A DNA stretch of 64,000 nucleotides from the NCBI GenBank assembly GCA_964619725.1, contig CAZUFC010000014.1, forward strand, positions 40,641-104,640, in the 5' to 3' direction. The notes below the pieces were generated by a model that searched no databases, was not told the origin of the DNA, and worked only from the letters and a program-made list of their open reading frames with translations. Numbering within the stretch: position 1 is the first letter of the stretch; each line of letters begins with the position of its first letter. Both the position numbers and the translations under genes were made by a program. Shown piece by piece: positions 47,087 through 57,500 of this stretch. This DNA is from an uncultured bacterium. Its GTDB lineage: Bacteria; CSSED10-310; CAZUFC01.

Positions 47087-47698
47087 ATGAAAGTCACACC
47101 GGCTGCCTTGAAAAAGGTTGGTTTACTGAAAGAAATGACCGATGACCAATTGCTGAAATTGACTTCCAGAATGAAATACAGACGATTCACCGACAAGCAG
47201 GAGATATTTTCAAAAGGGGCTGCATCAGATTCGGTTTTCATAATCATAAACGGCAAAGCAGAAGCAAGGATATTCAGCGGAGAAGCGGGACTTGACGTGT
47301 CGGCTCACCTGGGCGAGGGTGAAATATTCGGCCAGGTTTCTTTACTCGGCAAAAAGCCCCGAACCGCCGCCTGTTCGGCCAGAGGGGCTGTTCTGACCGC
47401 TGAATTGAACTCAAGAGCTCTGGATGAGCTGCTGGAAGATAAAGACCCTGGAGCAGCGGCCTTTCTCCTGCTTCTGACGGAAAACCTGGCTAAACAAATC
47501 CGGCAGAGTCTCGCAGGAGTCATCAAGTTGTATGACAAACTGGAAAAGACCAGGGATTCCATGGCTGCCGTTCGTCTGGAAATGGCGGAGATTCCAGGTG
47601 ATGAAGCTGCAGGTGAAACGGAAGCTGAGACCGGTCCCCAGGAGGAAAAAATAATCCTTAACGAACTGACTGAGATAATCAGAGAGTGCAGGTTGTGA
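47087..47698 (+). CDS. Stand-alone cyclic-nucleotide-binding domain protein
   Basis: IFSKG..IINGK..FGQVSLL..PRTA; SD GGGGAGG before ATG 47087. Confidence 0.85.
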   Translation: MKVTPAALKKVGLLKEMTDDQLLKLTSRMKYRRFTDKQEIFSKGAASDSVFIIINGKAEARIFSGEAGLDVSAHLGEGEIFGQVSLLGKKPRTAACSARGAVLTAELNSRALDELLEDKDPGAAAFLLLLTENLAKQIRQSLAGVIKLYDKLEKTRDSMAAVRLEMAEIPGDEAAGETEAETGPQEEKIILNELTEIIRECRL

Positions 47699-47844
47699 GG
47701 TTTAAAAACCAGGGCATAAAATAAAACGCATTCGGGTTGATAAATGGTGATTTCCGGAATTGTTGAATCAGAAGTCGGCAACATCTGATCGCACGGTAAC
47801 CGGCGACTGAAGCGAAAATTTACCTGACACTATAAGGAATAATA

Positions 47845-48169
47845 ATGAGCATGCTGCGAGTTGGAAAACCAATATTCTTGACTCTTTTTGCCGTCTTGGT
47901 CTCGGCATTGTCGCTGCATTCCGGTCTCAGCGGATATCCTGACGGCGTGCTGAAGATTGTCGAAGGAGAACGAAACCGAACCGGAAATCGATCATCTCGT
48001 CATGACCATCACATATAAACCTTTTGATTTCATGTTGATAGAAGATTTTATAATGCCCCGGACTGACCCGGCATATGCCGCCTTCTACGCCATGATGTTC
48101 GAACCCAATGCCTTCTCACATGAATCAGCGGTCAGCAATCTGACCGTATGGGAATTCGATCTGTATTGA
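47845..48169 (+). pseudogene. Probable frameshifted remnant of a secreted-protein gene
   Basis: An ATG 47845 ORF has a signal peptide (MSMLRVGKPIFLTLFAVLVSALSLHS); protein-like sequence continues in another frame (47957-48169). Confidence 0.35.
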
Positions 48170-48608
48170 GGACGGATGCCGAATCGAAGCTTAAAATCTG
48201 GATAAATATGTTCCTTGACAGGATTTTCCGGATAGCGTATTTGTCGTTTGAGTCATGAATTCTTATTTCGAGAGGATTTTTCATGATCAAAGGTTTTGGT
48301 TTCACGTGAGGTTACATCGTTTAGCTAACCGGGTTTGTTAGACGAAACAGCAAGCCAGAACCGATCCTGCCTATCTTTTTTTACCCTTGAAAGATAAATA
48401 AATACAGGTCACCTCCCGCACTGCAGCAGGTCAATCTACAGGCTGAAGACTACTAACCGGGAAGGATTTCTTTAGTTCTGTAAAAGACTGTGACCTCGTA
48501 AATATTCGGAGCGGAAGACGCACAGTCTGGAAGGACAGGAGGAAGGAGTCGGAGGATCGGGGGTTTGCAGTTTTCCGTTACGAAATTTCAATCTTATGAG
48601 AGGAGGAA

Positions 48609-49889
48609 ATGATGAGTAATGAATATCGGAGCATGTGGAAGGATTTAGGACTTGATCTGGAAGCCCATGACGCATTGCTGGGAGTATTGGGCGAAGGTTA
48701 TGCGGAAACTTATCTGTCGCAGAAAATGCGGCCGGAGGGCATGAAGTATTTTGATTTTGTCATGAGCGAGGTTCATGGATTAAGAATAAAAGAGCTTCTG
48801 GATGAGAAGAAGGAAGGGCGAAAAATCATCGGATCATATTGTGTTTTCGTACCTGAAGAAATCGTCCTGGCGGCCAATGCTTCTCTAGTGGGACTGTGTT
48901 CGGGCGCTGATTTCGCCGGGGAAGAAGTTGAAAAACTTTTACCTCGCAATACATGCGCTCTAATCAAATCGTCATTCGGGTTTCAACTCGGACGAGTATG
49001 CCCCTATTTGGAAAGCGCTGACATGATTGTCGGCGAAAACACTTGCGACGGCAAGAAAAAGGCATATGAAACGCTGGATGATCTCGTCGGAAACTTATAT
49101 GTTATGGACCTGCCGCAGGTTAAATCCGAACAGGGACGAAAACTTCTCAAAACAGAATATGACCGGTTCAAAACCGCAGTCGAACGCCTTACCGGAACCG
49201 CCGTTACCGCAGAATCATTAAAACAGGCGATCAAAACGGTCAACGCCAAGCGAAAGGCCGTTCAAAGATTGGCAAGCCTTCGCAATGCGTCTCCAGCGCC
49301 CATTTCAGGCCTGGATGCCCTTCTTATCAACCAGGTATTCTTCTACGACAATCCCGCACGCTTTACCGATGCCGTTGAAAAAATATGCGCTGAACTGGAA
49401 AAACGTATTGAAAACAAAACAGGCGTTTTCCCAAAAGAAGCTCCACGAATAATCGTTTCAGGTTGTCCTCAGGCTGTCCCCAACTGGAAGTTGCCGCACC
49501 TCGTGGAAAACTCCGGCGCCGTTATAGTGGGTGAAGAATCTTGCGTCGGCGAAAGAGGCGCACGAAATTTAACGGATGAGTCCGGCGAAACAATTGAAGA
49601 AATGATGGAAGCCATCGTCGATCGGCATTTTAAAATAGACTGCGCAATTTTTACTCCAAACCCTGAACGTTTGGAGCATATCAGGGAAATGACCTCACAA
49701 TATGATGCCGACGGGATTATCCATTACACTCTACAATTCTGTCAGCCGTATCTCATGGAATCCATCCCCTTCGAAAAAAAACTGGAAGAAGAGGGAATAC
49801 CCGTCTTGCGCATTGAAACTGATTACAGCATGGAGGATGTCGGCCAATTGAAGACGCGGATAGAAGCTTTTATCGAGCAACTGCAGTAA
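48609..49889 (+). CDS. Double-cubane-cluster reductase (DCCP) / 2-hydroxyacyl-CoA dehydratase D-family protein
   Basis: SYCVFVPEE, GLC, LPRNTCALIKS, GENTCDGKKK, EESC, CA.FTPN, FC, IETDYS. Confidence 0.88.
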   Translation: MMSNEYRSMWKDLGLDLEAHDALLGVLGEGYAETYLSQKMRPEGMKYFDFVMSEVHGLRIKELLDEKKEGRKIIGSYCVFVPEEIVLAANASLVGLCSGADFAGEEVEKLLPRNTCALIKSSFGFQLGRVCPYLESADMIVGENTCDGKKKAYETLDDLVGNLYVMDLPQVKSEQGRKLLKTEYDRFKTAVERLTGTAVTAESLKQAIKTVNAKRKAVQRLASLRNASPAPISGLDALLINQVFFYDNPARFTDAVEKICAELEKRIENKTGVFPKEAPRIIVSGCPQAVPNWKLPHLVENSGAVIVGEESCVGERGARNLTDESGETIEEMMEAIVDRHFKIDCAIFTPNPERLEHIREMTSQYDADGIIHYTLQFCQPYLMESIPFEKKLEEEGIPVLRIETDYSMEDVGQLKTRIEAFIEQLQ

Positions 49890-49911
49890 AAAATCAGGGA
49901 GACCTTTAACT

Positions 49912-50658
49912 ATGCTTTTCGCGGGAATCGACATCGGCTCTCGTACGATAGAACTGACCGTGATAAACGGCCAGGGTGATATTATAATCAATCTGCAGAC
50001 CGATACAGGTTTCGATCCGATCAGGGAAGCCTTCAAGCTGATGGATGGAGTCGCTTTCGACAGCATTACCGCTACCGGTTACGGCCGTAATTTATTTGAA
50101 CTTGCCTGTGATGCGCCCACCGTTACCGAAATAAAAGCGCATGCTGCCGGCGCCAGGCATTACTTCCCTGACGCTGAAACCGTGCTGGATATCGGCGGTC
50201 AGGACAGCAAAGCCATCGCCTTGTTCAAAAACGGTAAAGTGAAAAAATTTGAAATGAACGACCGGTGTGCTGCAGGGACCGGGAAATTTCTCGAAATAAC
50301 AGCCAGGACATTGGGCTACCCTATAGAAGATTTCGGTCCTGAAGCGCTGAGAGCCGAAAAGAATATCAACATTTCAAGCATGTGTGCTGTTTTTGCTGAA
50401 TCAGAAGTCACTTCATTGATCGCAAGAGGTGAAAAACCAGCGGATATAGCCGGCGGACTGCATGCAAGCATCGTCCGCAGAACCGCCGCTATGATAAGAA
50501 GAATATCATCCGAAGGAGATATAGTTTTCACGGGCGGCGTCGCCCTGAACCCATGCATGCGCATTCTGCTGCAAAATACGCTGAAGCGCAGAATATTAAC
50601 GCCGGACGACCCGCAAAGCATCGGCGCACTCGGCGCCGCGCTGCTGACGCGAAAATGA
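49912..50658 (+). CDS. ATP-dependent [4Fe-4S] activator (HgdC/BadF, DCCP-R type)
   Basis: GIDIGS, ATGYGR, DIGGQDSK, MNDRCAAGTG, SSMCAVFAESE. Confidence 0.95.
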   Translation: MLFAGIDIGSRTIELTVINGQGDIIINLQTDTGFDPIREAFKLMDGVAFDSITATGYGRNLFELACDAPTVTEIKAHAAGARHYFPDAETVLDIGGQDSKAIALFKNGKVKKFEMNDRCAAGTGKFLEITARTLGYPIEDFGPEALRAEKNINISSMCAVFAESEVTSLIARGEKPADIAGGLHASIVRRTAAMIRRISSEGDIVFTGGVALNPCMRILLQNTLKRRILTPDDPQSIGALGAALLTRK

Positions 50659-50850
50659 ATGACAGACTTCTTCAAACTTTTACGACTGGTGCAATTACAC
50701 TAAGGCGGACCCTGCATCACTGGACGTACCCGACTGTCCATTTTCCTGGCATCATTGGCCGGCGCTTCGTCTGTCGTGCCCCCGAACAACAAGCATAAAT
50801 GCATCATGCCCCGGAAAAATTAAGTCCGTTTTTTGTTTTCTGTAACTTCT

Positions 50851-51165
50851 CTATGGGGCAGCTGAACCTTTTGAGTTAGCGTCCGTTATTGAATCGCCGA
50901 TATCGGCAATAATAATCGCAGCTTCTTTCCAGAATCTGGCGCCCAAAAAAATCGCGCCGGCGCCGATGAGCCCGAATATCAAAATTCCTGCTCCGGCCAG
51001 AAATGAATCGCCCATGGTTCCAAATCCGCTGATAAGAGCGCCTAATGCGCTGAGTGCAGCGAGAATATATCCCAGCAGAGCGATTAATCCTATAATGCTT
51101 CGATAAGTCGGATAAGCTGTGTTTGAACGGATTTTGTTTAAATAATCCCTTTTAGCGACATCCAT
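50851..51165 (-). CDS. Small two-TM hypothetical membrane protein
   Basis: MDVAKRDYL...; SD AAAGGA before ATG 51165. Confidence 0.7.
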   Translation of the reverse strand: MDVAKRDYLNKIRSNTAYPTYRSIIGLIALLGYILAALSALGALISGFGTMGDSFLAGAGILIFGLIGAGAIFLGARFWKEAAIIIADIGDSITDANSKGSAAP

Positions 51166-51515
51166 TTTTTTTCCTTTCTGATTAGTTTTTATTTTTGAAC
51201 AAAGGCTGGCAATCCTTTTCGGTTGTTTATCGAAAAGAAAACCGTGTTTGAACAAGCGTGAATAATTAAATGAAAAATCCACTGAAACATCAAACCTTTT
51301 GACCGTCCACATTTTCGAGTATACAATTTTGGATTTCTTATTTCAAACGGATTATGAGCAAACAAGTAGAAAAATTTACTCGAATATGGATAAGAAACCG
51401 CAGCGTCGGTCCGAAACTGAAATTCGAAGCTCCTGATATTTTCAATCACTGCAGAAAAAAATGACTTGGAAACAAATGTTTTACGAAGGGCTCTGATTTC
51501 TCTTCAGCCAATAGA

Positions 51516-51566
51516 GAAACAGCGCCGTGCATCTTTCCTTCCGGATCGACGCACGGCGCTGTTTTC
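51516..51566 (-). terminator. Long hairpin after the 2074-aa gene
   Basis: AAACAGCGCCGTGC...GCACGGCGCTGTTT 14-bp stem. Confidence 0.65.
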
Positions 51567-51584
51567 AGGGCTTAAGGTTGACTA

Positions 51585-54500
51585 TTAAAGCGATTCCGTT
51601 CTTCTTTTAACGAGCAAAAATGCAATAAGCGTAATCAGCAGCAGGAGTCCGGCGGGTTTTGCGGCGGGAACTGAAGCGGGAGTGAAAGTGGGAACGGGCG
51701 TGGGATTGGGATTGTATCCGTCCTGAGAGTATTTCCAGGCATCATCGAAGTAGCAGCCTTCGCCGGCGCCGCCGAATAACAATGTGTAATTCATTTCAGG
51801 ATTATACGCCATTTCGATTTCGCATCTTACTTCAGGAGAATGTTCGGGACTTTCCTGATTCCATTCGGCATTTACTCCGTCCCAGGTCCAGGTATGGTTG
51901 GTGAAATCGCCGTTCTGGTCTGAACCGCCGAATAATATGCATTTCTGGAGTTCATCGTCATAAGACATGGCGCCGTTAGCGAGAGGACCAGGCGATGAAC
52001 CATCTTTTCTTAATACCCAGTTGCAATCGGCGGCATTTGAGTCACCATAGCTGCAATGCAATTCCCAGGTATCGTCCAGTTTTTCTGAACCTGCGCAACC
52101 TCCATAGAGAACGACGCAGTTACGATTTTCATCGTAGGCCGTCATGGGTTCAGTTCTGGGTGAAGGAGAATCCTCCGTATCGATAAGAGACCAGTTTGTG
52201 CCGTCCCATTGCCAGGTATCGTTCAGAGCGGAGCCTCCGTTCCACCCGCCGAAAAGAATAACGGTTTCGGTGTTCGGGTCATAAACCATTTTGTGGTGTC
52301 TGCGTGCACAGGGACTTGTGTTCGGTTGCTTCAGCAGCCAGGACGAACCGTCGAATTCCCAGGTATCGCTGTAGTAACCGCCATACCCCGTTATGCTTCC
52401 CCCGAAAAGCACGGTAACGCCTTTTGATGCATCATAAGCAGCGGCAGCACAGAGTCTGCAGGCAGGCGATTCGTTCAAACCATCGAGAAGTATCCAGTTT
52501 TCAGCCGCCGTATCGAATACCCAGGTGTCGTTAAGTGAGTTGATTCCGTCAACCGATCCGCCGAACAACAGAAACTCATTGTTTGCCTGATCATACGTCA
52601 GAATGTTCTCAGCTCTTGCGGAGGGATACTGGTCTGGAAAAATCTGATGCCAGTCGTAGATTGTTTGATCGGCAGGTCCGTAAATATCATCGATCCATTT
52701 TTCCTGCCAGCCGCCGATATGGTCCTGGAATTCCAGCCGGAAGTAATTGGATGTCGTGAATTCATTATCGGTCGCCGACATGCAGAGGACATCGTCGATG
52801 TAAACAAAGAAGCTTCCGTCAAAAGTCCTTTCAATTCTGCAATGCCGCCAGGTTCCCAGATCGAAGCCTTCACCGGTGTAATAGGAATCCAGTTCAACCG
52901 TTTCGCCGCCGACCTTCTTTCGTAAAAACCAGGTTCGGCAGCAATCCTGATGACCGCAGGGTTCGCCGTGAACCAGTTCGTAAAAGTTGTCGGAATCAAG
53001 ATGAATGAAATGGACATGACGGAAGGAATAATGCCCGTCGCCCTCAACCTTGGTGCGCCATTTCCAGCATCCGTAAGCCGCTGTTTGCGGAATCTGAAGT
53101 ATCCCCGCTCCCGGATTCGGCGCCGGCCCGTTGTATCGCAACGCCCCGGAAGCCGCGCTCCAGTATGAGCAGCCCTGGATGCATCCCCATGATGGATTCG
53201 ACGTCCAGTCCCCGTCGGAAAAATCATCGTATTTTTGGAAGTCGCAGGGGAATGGGGTCGGGACTCCCGTCGGTGTGGGAATAACGGTGGGTACATATGT
53301 CGGTGTAGGAGACGCCTCTGCCGGTCCATAAATATCATCAATCCATTTTTCCTGCCAGCCGCCGATATGGTCCTGGAATTCCAGCCGGAAGTAATTGGAT
53401 GTCGTGAATTCATTATCGGTCGCCGACATGCAGAGGACATCGTCGATGTAAACAAAGAAGCTTCCGTCAAAAGTCCTTTCAATTCTGCAATGCCGCCAGG
53501 TTCCCAGATCGAAGCCTTCACCGGTGTAATAGGAATCCAGTTCAACCGTTTCGCCGCCGACCTTCTTTCGTAAAAACCAGGTTCGGCAGCAATCCTGATG
53601 ACCGCAGGGTTCGCCGTGAACCAGTTCGTAAAAGTTGTCGGAATCAAGATGAATGAAATGGACATGACGGAAGGAATAATGCCCGTCGCCCTCAACCTTG
53701 GTGCGCCATTTCCAGCATCCGTAAGCCGCTGTTTGCGGAATCTGAAGTATCCCTGCTCCCGGATTCGGTGTTGGCCCGTTGTATCGCAGCGCCCCGGAAG
53801 ATGCGCTCCAGTATGAACAACCCTGGATGCATTCCCATGATGGATTCGATGTCCAGTCGCCGTCGGTAAAATCGTCGTATTTTTGGAAGTCGCAGAGGAA
53901 TGGGGTCGGGATTGCCGTCTCTGTCGGTATAAGAGTTGGAGTATTCGTGGGAGCGGGTGTCGGCGTCGGCGCTTCGCAATTGTATTCCCAGGTGTCCCCA
54001 ATATCACTAACGCTGTTCTGACCGCCGAACATCATCATTATCTCGTTGCAGGAATCATAAGCTAATCCTAAATCCGTTCTTATGGGAGGAATTGTCGCCG
54101 GTTCTTCTTCCACCCAGGTATTGCCGTCCCAGGTCCAGGTGTCATTAGACGGTCCGTTATCGGTCGTTCCCCCGAACAACACGCATAAATTACGGTTCGA
54201 GTCGTAAATCATTCTGCCGTCGTTTCTGGCCGGCGGAACAGAGCCTGTCGGATATTTTTGCTGCCAATCGCTTCCGTCATATTCCCAGGTATCGTCTAAA
54301 TACACGCCGCCATTAGAACCACCAAAAAGCGCCGTCACACAACGTTCTTCATCGAAAGCCATCATGGGCTCAGCACGCGGACCGGGTGAACCAACCGTCG
54401 TTATTAGCGTCCAATCGGACCCGTCCCATTCCCACGTTTCATTATTGTAACCGCCGCCGTTCCATCCTCCGAACATCACGACGACTCCCCGACAACTGTC

Positions 54501-57500
54501 GTAGACCATCCGGTGATGCCGACGGGGATATGGATTCGTATCCGGGGAAATCTGGGTCCAGTTCGTTCCGTCATATTCCCAGGTGTCGTTGTAATACCCC
54601 CCGTAACCGTTCGTGCTGCCGCCGAAAAACACAGCGACGTCTCTTGTGGAATCATAAGCCATGCCGTAGGCGATCCGCGCTGAAGGTGAAGCGGAAGTAT
54701 TCTTTTCTGTCCATGTTCCGGTACTGACGTTATACTCCCAGGTATCGGCATACGATTGAGTTCCGCCTTCATAACCGCCGCCGAACAAAACGCATACGCC
54801 GCGATAATCATCATAGACGATCTTAATCTCATGTCTTGCATCTGGAGAGGTCGAGGGAAACTGCTCTTCCCAATCACAACTCATCATAGCAGGGGTACCC
54901 GTCGACACTGGGGTACAAGTCGGAAGCTGCGGCGTTTGAGTCGGCAAATAGGGAACGAATGCCTGCACTCTGTAGTTTCCGCCGTTGCCGCCGTCGGACA
55001 GGAACACTCTTCCATCCGGAGCTTCAGCCATTTCAGACGGTCGCCAGTAAAATTCCTCCGGATCGCTGCCCTGGTAATCGTACCCTATTTCCGTTACAAG
55101 GTTCCAAGCGGAATCATATTTTCGCGCTTTGTATTCAGTTCTCGTCCAAAAATTACCTTCATCGTCGATAAACAGAAGCGATTCGCCATAAGCGGGTCTT
55201 CTCCAGCCGGTATCGACACCGGCATTAGTAAATTTTGCAAACTCATCCCCCCCGACGCTAAGGTAAATGTATCCGTCTGGTGAGGCATGAATGTCTCCGC
55301 CGGCCTGCCCGGTATCCGTTACAATATATTCCCTGACGAATTGACCCTCCGTATTGTAAACAACGACTTTTCGATCGACGGCAATGCTTATTTGAAGGTT
55401 ATGATCACTGTCCATCGTCATTCCCGCCGACCAGTAGGGTATGGATACCGGCACGCTCCAGACGAGCTGTCCGTCCAGGGTCCATTTTTTGATGCCGCCC
55501 GGAGGAACCAACTGGTAAAGATGGTCTGCGTAATATTCAAGCTGAGCGCCGTAACCGCTGTTCACGATCCATTCGGGTACGCAATTGCAGTCGATGTCCC
55601 ATTTTTTCAATTTCTGATTGCCGTAATCGGCCACATAAACATAACCGTAATCGTCCAATGCGATCCCTCGCGGACCCAGATCGCTTCCGAATTCACACGG
55701 CCCCGATCCCAATGACCCGAATTCACACAGGAATTGATACAGCCTTAAAGGGGTAGCGGTAGGAGGCGCCGTCGTTTCCGGCGTTATCGTCGGCGTCGGC
55801 GTTTCCACCGGCGTTTCGGCGGCGGTGGGTTCGGGGGTCTGGGTATTCGTAGGAGGCGGAGAATTCGTCGGAGTTATCGGAGTGTTCGTAGGTCCGGGTG
55901 TGGGCGTAGTCAGTTCGGAATAAACGTCAATGTACATTTCATAGTACCCTGAACTGAAAATCTCAGAATTCCGGGCCCTCATATCGATAACTTCTGTTCC
56001 CGTATCCAGCATAATCTGAATCAATCTTCCGTCCTGCGTGAGAGCCGGTATATCGGAGACGTTCCATTCGAGCGTGAATCCGTCATCCGAGTCGACCCCC
56101 AACAGCCAGGAGGTTACCAGGTCCCAGTCTGGAATATTTTTGATATCTCGCCGCAGACGATTGAAAGCCGGATCATCACAGTCAAAGAACGCATCCAGAG
56201 GCGGATTCATTCCCGGCGGCGGCAAAGGCATATCAAGTCCGCTGTCGTAATCTTCCGAACCTTCCGGATGAACTCCCCATTCCAGGTCGATCGGATCGAC
56301 TATGGGATCGTCGCTTGTTATCAAAACAGGCTCAAGCCAACCGACAGCGTATTCATGATGAGACGAAGGAGCGAATTCAGGATCAAAACTTGTATTGGGC
56401 GGATTCTGAAGATCGCTTGCAGATATATAATACCATACGACTGTACCCAGTTCCTGTTCAGGAATGGAAACCGCAAATTCATCGGGATACCCCGTCCATT
56501 CCATCAGAGCGTTCGTCCAGTTAAACCCTTCATCCGTGCTGGAATAAACGAAAAGTGCATTCGTATCCAGGTCGCCGTCTACATCGGTTATGATCGCGGT
56601 TATGTCGCAAGCTGTGACTGCAGGTTGAATGAATGTCGCCGTCGTATGCTGTATCGCGGGCGGAACGCCGGAAGATTGAGACGTCGGCGTTATCGTGGGC
56701 AGAGGAACGAGTGTCGAAGTCGGTTCCGGCGTTGCTGTGGGTTCTCCCGAAACCTTCCTGGCGTATTTCAGGTTCTTATTTGTGTCGTCATAATAGCAAA
56801 TGTGGGGTTTCCCTTCACTGTCAAGCGCCAGAGAACAATATTTCCCTACATTGCCGTCGCAATCTACGGTTTCTTTCTGCCAGGAGCTGCCGGTATAGTA
56901 AGCCGTTTTCAGGCAGCCGTTATGTTGATAGCTGATCAATGGTCTGTTGCTCTCGTCGATAACCAATGATGAATAACCCGGCCCTTCTGTTTCAATTGTA
57001 AATTTCTGCCAGGCGCTGCCGTTGTAGTAAGCGTATTTTAATGTGTTTGAATCCCATTTATAACTGACGTGAGGATGATCATATTCGTCGAGTTCCATTG
57101 ATATGTATCCAGCATCGCTGCCTGCCGTATCGACCTGCTGCAGTTGCCAGCTTGAACCGTTGTAATAAGCATACTTTATTGCGCCATACCGAAATTCGCT
57201 GTAAATAATGTGAGGTCTGTTCTGGGAATCGACATTAATTGCCGTCCATGAGCCGTAATTGTATTCCGCAGGATCCTCTATTGTTTCTACCTGCCAGGAG
57301 CTGCCTGTATAATGAGCGTATTTCAGGTGAGGATAAGGGTTACCGGGATCGTCGTGGGCATAGTAGCTTATATGAGGACGTCCATATCCATCCAGCGCTA
57401 TGGAAGTATTTTGGCCGACATATCCCGGCGCATCGACGGTTTCGACTTGCCATGTCGAACCGTTGTAGTGAGCGTATTTCAGATCTTTTTCCGAACCGTA

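Noticed and set aside
48292-48400. SAM-I riboswitch or hammerhead ribozyme
   Set aside because: Only isolated words match (GACGAAAC, GAAAGATAA); the core motifs are missing
52675-53912. Diversity-generating retroelement TR/VR pair
   Set aside because: Differences are not adenine-specific, both copies are in-frame in one gene, and there is no reverse transcriptase in the window
52598-54007. 469-aa alternative-frame ORF
   Set aside because: Shadow ORF inside the 2074-aa gene, lengthened by the duplication; composition is not protein-like
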